From a virus, in IMG/VR virus record IMGVR_UViG_3300043447_000376, positions 1-15,288 of that record: a stretch of 15,288 nucleotides of DNA. The stretch is one strand, 5' to 3'. Below are positions 8,822 through 15,164 of this stretch, in pieces; the first letter of the stretch is position 1, and each line of letters opens with the position of its first letter. A program made the translations under genes and the position numbers. The notes under the pieces were generated by a model, which was not told the origin of the DNA, ran no database searches, and saw only the letters and a program-made list of their open reading frames with translations.

Positions 8822-10321
8822 TTATCTCCTTAAGTAATTTACCTGTTTTGCTTCTAGTTTCACTGCTTTATTGTCCAAAAAGTACAAAATGCCTGAAACT
8901 ACAGCATCTAGCACGTCTTCGTGGCTTACCTTTGGGAAAGACCACATCTGCTCTTCTAGCACTGGGAAATGGGCTGTGTGCCTTACCTTACCCTGTTGAT
9001 AGAAGTTCAAAGCCTTACCTGCACGGATCTGCTTTGATAGGTGTTGAGATTTTGATCTATATTTGGCAGGAACGTTCTTAAAAACATCCTTCCATAGGTC
9101 ACCACCTTGGTTAACCTCAACATAAACCACCCCAACGCCAAATGTGTCTACTAGATAGGCTACTCTTTCAGCCATATCTGAAGGAGACATTTTGACTTGT
9201 TCTGCATGTCTGACATAAACATTCGTTTTACCGTTTTCATCAATACCTTTTGACAAAACTGCAATTCCTGTATAGTCAGAAACCTTATTTTTTGTTACTG
9301 CTGGGTCAATAGAGATAATGGTGTTTCCATAGTCTTCTATTTCTTCTATAATTATATCTTCATTTGTCCAGAATGTGCCATCTGTGTTGACTGGACGGTT
9401 CATGTAGTTCTTAGCAAAGTCACGAAGGTGTCTCTGGCTCTGAAGCCACTCTAGTGACCATTTCTCAGGCCATACAGATCTTTCTGTACCATCATCGTTC
9501 TGCATGATAGCTGGATAGTAGTGAGCATTTACATTCTGCTCATCTACCCAATTAAGTTCAATATCATCATATCCTTCTGCCTTCTTGCGGAATTGGTCCA
9601 TTACAGAGTTAGGCATAGTAGTGGTACCCACAAAGATCATACGTGCGTATATATTCATAGGTGCGATATCATCAAATACTGTGTTCTTCTGCTGCCCTGC
9701 TTGATATTCAGAGTAGTTCTTTTCACCCTTTTCAATATCGTCAAGAATAATTAGGTCTGGACGCTGTCCAAATACCTTCTTACCAAGCGAGTTGGTGTCA
9801 ATACCATTAGCGTCAAAGATAAAGTCGTTAGACTGGATAATACGCCACGCATTGCTTGCCATAGCCCTTCCAGAAGACGCTACAAGCTTAGGCTTGCATA
9901 GATCAGGATAGTCAGCTTGAAGCAATTCGTTGGATTCAAGTTCGTTTTTAAATGTCATCAAGTGAGTTTCGGCCTGGGATGCAGCGTCTGAGAAAGCGGC
10001 GATAAACTTCACATGTCCATGACAGGCAGCCCACATTGGCAAAATAAGGAAAATCCAAGTAGATTTACCACATTCACGTGGAGCGATAAAGGCATCTCTA
10101 TTCTCCTTTGGATTCTTAGGCTTGCTAATCCATGATTTGCCATATTCTGCTAGATCAACATGGAATTCAGACAATGTTATCTGTCCATGAGCATTCATAA
10201 GGTGATGTGGCAAGTAAGTTAAGGCGAAAAGTAGAGGATCGTACTTTGTTAGCTCTTTTCTACCCTCAGAAAAAGTTAAAAGCTCAACTGGAACGTTCTC
10301 TAGCACCTCTTCTATGTTCAT
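8822..10321 (-). CDS. terL: Terminase large subunit, 499 aa.
   Basis: Walker A APRECGKST (about aa 80-88), Walker B LIILDDIE, and a C-terminal nuclease-type ISIDPA motif. SD AAGGA is present, and the gene sits immediately upstream of the portal. Confidence 0.9.
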   Translation of the reverse strand: MNIEEVLENVPVELLTFSEGRKELTKYDPLLFALTYLPHHLMNAHGQITLSEFHVDLAEYGKSWISKPKNPKENRDAFIAPRECGKSTWIFLILPMWAACHGHVKFIAAFSDAASQAETHLMTFKNELESNELLQADYPDLCKPKLVASSGRAMASNAWRIIQSNDFIFDANGIDTNSLGKKVFGQRPDLIILDDIEKGEKNYSEYQAGQQKNTVFDDIAPMNIYARMIFVGTTTMPNSVMDQFRKKAEGYDDIELNWVDEQNVNAHYYPAIMQNDDGTERSVWPEKWSLEWLQSQRHLRDFAKNYMNRPVNTDGTFWTNEDIIIEEIEDYGNTIISIDPAVTKNKVSDYTGIAVLSKGIDENGKTNVYVRHAEQVKMSPSDMAERVAYLVDTFGVGVVYVEVNQGGDLWKDVFKNVPAKYRSKSQHLSKQIRAGKALNFYQQGKVRHTAHFPVLEEQMWSFPKVSHEDVLDAVVSGILYFLDNKAVKLEAKQVNYLRR

Positions 10322-10605
10322 TATTGTCCTTTGTTGATATGGTCAATAAGCAATTTGTAAATCATGTCAATCTTTTTGTCCATTTCTTTACGAATTACTT
10401 CAGCTTGAGCCATTTGGCTATTAAGATCTCCAAATTTACCCTCAAGACGATTGACCTGGTCCTTGATTGAGCTACCCCCATTTGGTCTAAGCTCTTTTAG
10501 ATATTCTTCTATCTTCTTGAATAGCATTCTTATCCCTGCTACTAGAGCTGCACCTACTGCACCTATCATAGATACAATGGCTGCAATGATTTCTGGATTG
10601 TTCAT
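10321..10605 (-). CDS. 94-aa protein with an N-terminal transmembrane helix and a coiled-coil tail, a holin-like or membrane-anchor candidate.
   Basis: The hydrophobic segment IIAAIVSMIGAVGAALVAGI is followed by a charged helical region. Both ends are TAATG-coupled. Confidence 0.65.
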   Translation of the reverse strand: MNNPEIIAAIVSMIGAVGAALVAGIRMLFKKIEEYLKELRPNGGSSIKDQVNRLEGKFGDLNSQMAQAEVIRKEMDKKIDMIYKLLIDHINKGQ

Positions 10606-10775
10606 TATATCCCATACCCCATTTTGAATTTGCTGGAAATATTATTTTGAGACAGCAAAATTAGCAAATCAGAAACAATCTTAGTAGTGGGTACCCCCCT
10701 AGCCACAAAGCCTGACAAATTATCCAAATTGACATTGCCAAATAGTTTCATATTCGTTATCAAATTGTTATACAT
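10605..10775 (-). CDS. Small hypothetical protein. It is 56 aa from ATG 10775, or up to 72 aa from the track start at 10823.
   Basis: The frame is stop-free between the TerS-like gene and the next gene, and its stop overlaps the next start as TAATG. No start candidate has a good SD. Confidence 0.4.
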   Translation of the reverse strand: MYNNLITNMKLFGNVNLDNLSGFVARGVPTTKIVSDLLILLSQNNISSKFKMGYGI

Positions 10776-11238
10776 TGTTATCAATGTTTTCCTTTGTCTT
10801 CTCATTACGAGCTTTGGCTTCATTCAATAGATCTATAATAGCCAAATCAGTATTATCCTTATTTCTCTGTTCATTGATAGCAGTTGACTTACCTTCAATA
10901 AGATTGATAGTCTGAATAGCCTTATGTACAGCATTAGCCAATTTGTTTAGTTCATCAGGATCTAGTGTACTTTCCATTAGTGTTTCAACACATCTATCTA
11001 GCACTGTCTGTGCAGCTATTAGCTTTTCTTTATCTGAATAGAATACCCTGAGATCTACCGCCATTTTTGCCAGGGTATCCATAGTTGGCAAATCTACATT
11101 TCTTTGCTCAAACCATTTCTTAGCTGTGTGATAGCTCTTAGGATATCCCAAATTGCGGATAGCTGGTCCAATACCCATTTCTTGAGCAACTTCAATAAAA
11201 TTCTCAATTTGTTCTTCTGTGAATGCTGAATATCCCAT
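10768..11238 (-). CDS. Putative terminase small subunit or DNA-binding protein, 156 aa.
   Basis: SD GGAGG is present. The N-terminus is HTH-like (EEQIENFIEVAQEMGIGPAIRNLGY) and is followed by a helical oligomerisation-like region. The gene lies upstream of terL. Confidence 0.55.
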   Translation of the reverse strand: MGYSAFTEEQIENFIEVAQEMGIGPAIRNLGYPKSYHTAKKWFEQRNVDLPTMDTLAKMAVDLRVFYSDKEKLIAAQTVLDRCVETLMESTLDPDELNKLANAVHKAIQTINLIEGKSTAINEQRNKDNTDLAIIDLLNEAKARNEKTKENIDNNV

Positions 11239-11310
11239 TATTTGATACCTCCAATTTGGAAATTTGACATTACGGCGTACGTTTGGTAGGATCCAGGTAT
11301 AAATAACATA

Positions 11311-11508
11311 TTATAGATCTGTCCAAAATTCAGGTTCTTCATCATCTTCTGGTTCATCAAATAATCCTTCTATAATTTTACTCAAATTGTCATCTACCAA
11401 CATAGTAATACCAATGTCTGTGTTAGATGTCTTATTCATAAAAGATATCACAAATGAGAGTTGTTTGTTCTTATACTCTAGATCTTTAGCATATGGGAAT
11501 AGTAACAT
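11311..11508 (-). CDS. 65-aa protein with a highly acidic C-terminus (EPEDDEEPEFWTDL), function unknown.
   Basis: ORF track entry. It is the first ORF after the promoter at 11557..11565. The SD is weak. Confidence 0.5.
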   Translation of the reverse strand: MLLFPYAKDLEYKNKQLSFVISFMNKTSNTDIGITMLVDDNLSKIIEGLFDEPEDDEEPEFWTDL

Positions 11509-11556
11509 TGTTATCTCAATTCCCTCCGAAAATCACCTAGTTTATACATCATTGCA

Positions 11557-11565
11557 ATTATATCA
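11557..11565 (-). promoter_or_regulatory. Extended -10 promoter TGATATAAT.
   Basis: Plus-strand attatatca lies just downstream of the terminator at 11576..11621 and upstream of the 65-aa/TerS/TerL gene string. Confidence 0.6.
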
Positions 11566-11575
11566 TACTTTATTC

Positions 11576-11621
11576 AAGAATGGAAAAAGGGGAAGGCTAA
11601 GAGGTGACCAAAACCTTCCCC
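11576..11621 (-). terminator. Rho-independent terminator.
   Basis: On the minus strand, GGGGAAGG (11621..11614) is followed by a 17-nt loop and CCTTCCCC (11596..11589), then TTTTTCCATTCTT. The 8-bp stem is GC-rich and is followed by a U-run. Confidence 0.75.
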
Positions 11622-11692
11622 AACTCCTGAGCCCTATGGTGGGTATGAGAGACATCAGGCTCATACTCACTAGGCAACCAGTGAGATACTTA

Positions 11693-11701
11693 ATTATATC
11701 A
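11693..11701 (-). promoter_or_regulatory. TGATATAAT motif whose TGA is the stop codon of the HNH gene.
   Basis: Plus-strand attatatca. The motif is followed by three hairpins and the terminator at 11576..11621. Confidence 0.45.
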
Positions 11702-12325
11702 CTTATTCTTTGCTTTGGACTTCTTAGTAATATTAGTCCAGCAAGGCTTACAATAGCTCAAATGACCATCAGGAGAACCTGATCTCTTACCAAATTGAGA
11801 TATTGGTTTCTTGTCATTACACTTTGCACAAGTCTTGCTATCTCTATGGATGGTTGGACCATTGACCATACGCTCATCATACTTAGCTCTATTCATAGTG
11901 TTCATGCATTGCTTACAGTATGTCTGTCTTCCATCAGATAGCCTTGATGACTTATGGAAATCATCTATATGCTTTGATATATTACATTTAATACATAGCT
12001 TATTCATACTTAAATCTTTTCTACTCAAATAATCTTTGTTTGCCCTGGTTTTTTTAATGTGACATGACTTACAAAGTGTCTGAAGGTTGCTAGGCTTATT
12101 GTTAGACTTGTTACCATCTATGTGATCTACTTCAAGCGATCCCTTATTTTCTGGCATTTCATAACAAATCTCGCATTGGTTTTTCTTAAATTTTCTAGCT
12201 TCAACAATGCATTTTTTACATGCTGTACCAAATACCTGTTGACCTTTAGTGTTTCTTCCTTTTGATAGAGTTGGATATTGTCCACACTCACACATTGTTC
12301 TTACTAGTAACCCTGTTGTTGCCAT
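11699..12325 (-). CDS. HNH endonuclease with several CxxC zinc-ribbon modules, 208 aa.
   Basis: HNH core: EVDHIDGNKSNNKPSNLQTLCKSCH. It is flanked by CECG...CKKC and CEIC, plus two C-terminal repeats of the form CxKCN..K.I..F.K.....DG....YCKxC. SD AGGAGA lies 8 nt upstream. Confidence 0.85.
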   Translation of the reverse strand: MATTGLLVRTMCECGQYPTLSKGRNTKGQQVFGTACKKCIVEARKFKKNQCEICYEMPENKGSLEVDHIDGNKSNNKPSNLQTLCKSCHIKKTRANKDYLSRKDLSMNKLCIKCNISKHIDDFHKSSRLSDGRQTYCKQCMNTMNRAKYDERMVNGPTIHRDSKTCAKCNDKKPISQFGKRSGSPDGHLSYCKPCWTNITKKSKAKNK

Positions 12326-12449
12326 TTCTTATTTCTCCTGTTATCATTCCGATTTCTTCTAAAATACCGTCGCAATGCTCTGTGCTTGCATCTAGAAGAA
12401 CTGTTCTGCATTTTTCACACCAAAAGACTGTCGTCTCTATATCTTCCAC
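12288..12449 (-). CDS. Possible 53-aa small protein (GTG start) with a CEKC...HC half zinc-ribbon.
   Basis: AAAGGAG lies 6 nt upstream of GTG 12449. It would be the first ORF after the promoter at 12492..12500. It overlaps the HNH start by 38 nt and is too short to appear in the ORF track. Confidence 0.3.
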   Translation of the reverse strand: MEDIETTVFWCEKCRTVLLDASTEHCDGILEEIGMITGEIRNGNNRVTSKNNV

Positions 12450-12491
12450 CCATTACTCCTTTGGTTATAAGTCCCCTTAAGACCTATAATA

Positions 12492-12500
12492 ATTATATCA
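12492..12500 (-). promoter_or_regulatory. Extended -10 promoter TGATATAAT. A second perfect TATAAT lies at 12515..12522 (TGTATAAT).
   Basis: Plus-strand attatatca in an AT-rich stretch, about 40 nt upstream of the first SD of the HNH operon. Confidence 0.6.
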
Positions 12501-12559
12501 TATCTTTTTAACATATTATACATTTTTTATCTATTTCTTATTTATTTTAGATATAGTTT

Positions 12560-12860
12560 TATTCCCCCCCAGTGCCTAGGAACATGTTCCGCTGGTGAGT
12601 TTTTCTTCCTGATTACGATATCAACCTCCCAGTCACACGTTGATACCCTTGGGGCTACATACCAAATATATGTAGATCTTTAATTATTTTGCTTGTCAAG
12701 GGCTTGGGAAAGACGGTAAACCAATAAAATCGGACAAATCAGGACATGCCAGAAGTTTGCCTCTTGACCACCGCTGTTGAATTAGGTAAAGCGTACCCTT
12801 ACTTCTCGTACTTCCCTGTGGCTGGGAGCTTGTGCTTGCTACGAGAGTGCTTTCTTGTTG
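12560..12860. other. Structured non-coding region, a candidate ncRNA and/or replication or packaging origin.
   Basis: No ORF on either strand. Several stem-loops are present: 12619-12625/12639-12645, 12655-12661/12669-12675, and nested 12804-12810/12840-12846 with 12811-12815/12824-12828. There is also the 12-bp palindrome GGAACATGTTCC and a C7 tract. Confidence 0.4.
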
Positions 12861-12867
12861 CTTTATA

Positions 12868-12876
12868 AGTATATCA
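12868..12876 (-). promoter_or_regulatory. Variant motif TGATATACT (extended -10-like) embedded in the inverted repeat AAGTAT-N3-ATACTT.
   Basis: Plus-strand agtatatca. The palindromic arms are 12867..12872 and 12876..12881. It lies directly downstream of the 12887..12929 hairpin. Confidence 0.45.
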
Positions 12877-12886
12877 TACTTTTATG

Positions 12887-12929
12887 ACAAATGCAAAGAG
12901 GACCTAGTAGCAAGCACGTTACTAGGTCC
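12887..12929 (-). terminator. Probable intrinsic terminator at the end of the structural operon.
   Basis: Perfect 10-bp stem (12900..12909 pairs with 12920..12929) with a 10-nt loop. On the minus strand it is followed by CTCTTTGCATTTGT, a moderate U-tract. Confidence 0.55.
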
Positions 12930-12969
12930 CCTAAATGACAACACACCAGGTCATAAACCTAGTACATCT

Positions 12970-12978
12970 ATTATATCA
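12970..12978 (-). promoter_or_regulatory. TGATATAAT motif whose TGA is the stop codon of the 94-aa gene.
   Basis: Plus-strand attatatca. The predicted start near 12963 would give a transcript of about 75 nt ending at the 12887..12929 hairpin. Confidence 0.45.
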
Positions 12979-13260
12979 GATTTTATAAATTGCTTTGAGA
13001 GCTGAGGTGGCAATCTTAGCAGTCATATATGCTTGTTCCATAATTTGATTGCCAGCTTCTACCGTTTCACTCATAAATGACTGATAAGGCTGTGGATCAA
13101 CAGGCTGCCAGCCATCTGATGGATCTGCCTGAGCATTTTTCTCAAAATTTGGGATAAAAGTATCATTTAGGACAGTTTCCTGACCCTCATTAACAATCAT
13201 TCCCTGCATTACAGCTATTGCTTCATTTAGTGCAGATTCTATAATGCCAAATGGATCCAT
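12976..13260 (-). CDS. 94-aa hypothetical protein, the last gene of the structural operon.
   Basis: ORF track entry. Its start overlaps the upstream stop as TAATG. Confidence 0.6.
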   Translation of the reverse strand: MDPFGIIESALNEAIAVMQGMIVNEGQETVLNDTFIPNFEKNAQADPSDGWQPVDPQPYQSFMSETVEAGNQIMEQAYMTAKIATSALKAIYKI

Positions 13261-13589
13261 TACAATTCACCCTGGAACTTTGTAGCCTTCATTCTGTAGC
13301 TCTCAATATTATTAAAAGCATTTAGAACTGGTTCTAGACCAACAATAAGCCAGGATGTATCGTCAAGAATAAGGTTGTTCTCTGAGTCCTTTATATCTTT
13401 AATTACTGAATTGATTGGAATTGGCTGTTCGCAACGAATTCCCATTCTACCGCTGATATCAAGACCAGCAGTAATTGGAACGGTACCAACAAAGTAGTAC
13501 TTAGTTACTTCAGTGCTTCCAGTCTTTTCAACAACAGGCTTGTAAAAATCACCAGAGTATTTGTGTCTAGCATATGCCATTGGCTTCAT
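13260..13589 (-). CDS. 109-aa putative head-closure or head-tail joining protein.
   Basis: I prefer ATG 13589 (MKPMAYARH...) to the track start at 13604, because GGAGAA lies 9 nt upstream and the ATG overlaps the upstream stop as TAATG. The function call rests on position after the adaptor and on size only. Confidence 0.6.
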   Translation of the reverse strand: MKPMAYARHKYSGDFYKPVVEKTGSTEVTKYYFVGTVPITAGLDISGRMGIRCEQPIPINSVIKDIKDSENNLILDDTSWLIVGLEPVLNAFNNIESYRMKATKFQGEL

Positions 13590-13981
13590 TAGATGGTTCT
13601 CCAATCAGAACTATCAGTCAATTGTGACACTTTACCAGTTTTAATTGATCTTGAACGCATAAAACTCAATTTTGCACAAATCATTACTGCCATTGGGGCA
13701 ATGAAAGGAGAAATTGAATCCCCTTGCTTGAATGAAGTATAAGCGTCATTCTGACCAGTTGTAGAAACTGCCATTTGTTCAAAAACAATGTCTTCGTTGT
13801 TCAACATGTACGCAGCTTGATATGCTACTGCACGTTTTAGTACTTCTATGTCTTTTGTATTTGCGACTTCCGACTCAAATTTACCAACATAGGCTTCAAT
13901 TGCATATTGTGCACGTTGAACTAGATCAGCTTTAACGATCTTGCCAGTAATTGTTTTTACTTCAGTTATATTAGCAAACAT
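13589..13981 (-). CDS. 130-aa head-tail connector or adaptor (gp6-like).
   Basis: I prefer ATG 13981 (MFANITEVKTITG...) because it follows AAAGGAGAAGAA. The N-terminal pattern ITEVK....V.ADLVQRAQYAIEAYVG resembles head-tail connector families. Confidence 0.6.
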   Translation of the reverse strand: MFANITEVKTITGKIVKADLVQRAQYAIEAYVGKFESEVANTKDIEVLKRAVAYQAAYMLNNEDIVFEQMAVSTTGQNDAYTSFKQGDSISPFIAPMAVMICAKLSFMRSRSIKTGKVSQLTDSSDWRTI

Positions 13982-13994
13982 TTCTTCTCCTTTC

Positions 13995-15098
13995 CTATTC
14001 TGCCAACCATTGTAGTCCAAGCCATGTCATTGACAAGACTGGGATTTGTTGTGTTGGGTAAATTTCTTCAGATTCAGTTGGGTATAGGTCAGACTGGTAA
14101 TCTGTGTTATTTCTAACCGTCTCTGAAGTAATAATACCATTGGATGAATTGGTTGGTGCCTGAATTAGTGGGCCACCACCACCATTTGTAGGAATTACCT
14201 GACCATATGGAGTGACATCCTTAATATTAATTCTTCTTGGTGCTCTATTTAATCTACTTGTTGAATACTGCCAAGCTCTTGTTGATGTGGTTTCATTAAC
14301 AACATCATTTGGAACAACCTGAATTGTTGCCTTGTTGTATTCTTCACGACTCATTGTTAGTGAATCCTCAACACAGTTTACAAAGATTTTTCCATTTATT
14401 GGATAGTTTCCAAGCAATTGACCATCATGAACAACAATTGTTGTAGCGTAATCATCAAATTCATTAACAACTAGATTTGATCCATGGTAATGATTATTTG
14501 CAAGACTTGTTACAACAGTTCCAGCAATCACATTATTAGGAGCAACTGCATGAATGTTTTTTGTTCCACGAGCATTTTGTCTAAATCCAGGAATAGAATC
14601 ATTCTCTGTTGACTGTCTTAGTGCTAGAGATGGAATTATAAACTCATTACCTTCTTGCAAACCAAATTGACGATAAGAGTATTTTGCGTGATATTCTTCA
14701 TAGTCATACGTGTTTTCTGGAAGATAGTTAATAAACTCAGCAAGCACCCATGTTTCCTTGTCAGTAAGTCCAGGAATTGCTGTGTCAAGGTGGTATGAAT
14801 TCTGTCTGTGAGTATCAAAATATCTTTCAGCTGGTTCATCAAACTGGAATGGATTTACTACAGCAGCTCTTCCATCGCCAATCTCAACCTCTTGAGGTAT
14901 AGAAGAGTATTGCTTTACAATTCCAAGATCTTCTGCAAGTTTTGGACTTGAAACAAATAGGCTTGCACCATTTGCAGCAGCAAGCTTAAGGGATTCAAGG
15001 AATTCTGCATATCTATTTAGTATTTCTGACTGTGGGTCATTTGGGAACATCTCAAAGATTTGTTCATTGTACTCTGGATAGTTAACAAAAGTGACCAA
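13995..15098 (-). CDS. 367-aa putative tail-associated structural protein. Its frame stays open upstream to 15164 and is in frame with the 666-aa ORF through a TAG.
   Basis: ORF track entry (TTG start with no SD). The first ATG is at 15050, also without an SD. The ORF ends in TAG. No family was recognised. Confidence 0.7.
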   Translation of the reverse strand: MVTFVNYPEYNEQIFEMFPNDPQSEILNRYAEFLESLKLAAANGASLFVSSPKLAEDLGIVKQYSSIPQEVEIGDGRAAVVNPFQFDEPAERYFDTHRQNSYHLDTAIPGLTDKETWVLAEFINYLPENTYDYEEYHAKYSYRQFGLQEGNEFIIPSLALRQSTENDSIPGFRQNARGTKNIHAVAPNNVIAGTVVTSLANNHYHGSNLVVNEFDDYATTIVVHDGQLLGNYPINGKIFVNCVEDSLTMSREEYNKATIQVVPNDVVNETTSTRAWQYSTSRLNRAPRRINIKDVTPYGQVIPTNGGGGPLIQAPTNSSNGIITSETVRNNTDYQSDLYPTESEEIYPTQQIPVLSMTWLGLQWLAE

Positions 15099-15164
15099 GT
15101 CATAACTAGATAGATCAATATCAGAGTTAATATCAATAAATCTGTCTTCGCCACGGTAGTTTTT

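Noticed and set aside
12278-12286. DnaA-box-like 9-mers: TTGTCCACA at 12278-12286 and TGTGGATCA at 69-77.
   Set aside because: Each is a single 8/9 match inside a coding sequence, and they are not clustered. Matches like this are expected by chance.
201-12480. All plus-strand ORFs in the track (201-434, 594-800, 1130-1348, 4286-4513, 5099-5293, 5318-5581, 5878-6132, 6623-6853, 7054-7251, 8770-9081, 9521-9754, 10207-10470, 11387-11782, 11811-12032, 12262-12480).
   Set aside because: Each lies antisense to a long, well-supported minus-strand gene or spans regulatory DNA. None has an SD, and their low-complexity Leu/Ser/Ile-rich translations are typical of shadow ORFs.
12690-12700. A perfect -35 hexamer TTGACA on the minus strand (12699..12694) as a promoter.
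   Set aside because: No acceptable -10 hexamer lies at 16 to 19 bp spacing. The best is TACATA at 19 bp, a 3/6 match.
12481-12975. A suppressor or other tRNA gene in the non-coding hub, sought because of the in-frame TAG codons.
   Set aside because: I found no T-loop (GTTCRANY) with flanking 5-bp stems on either strand. CCCTAAA at 12928-12934 lacks the U33 context and surrounding cloverleaf arms. tRNAscan-SE should still be run.
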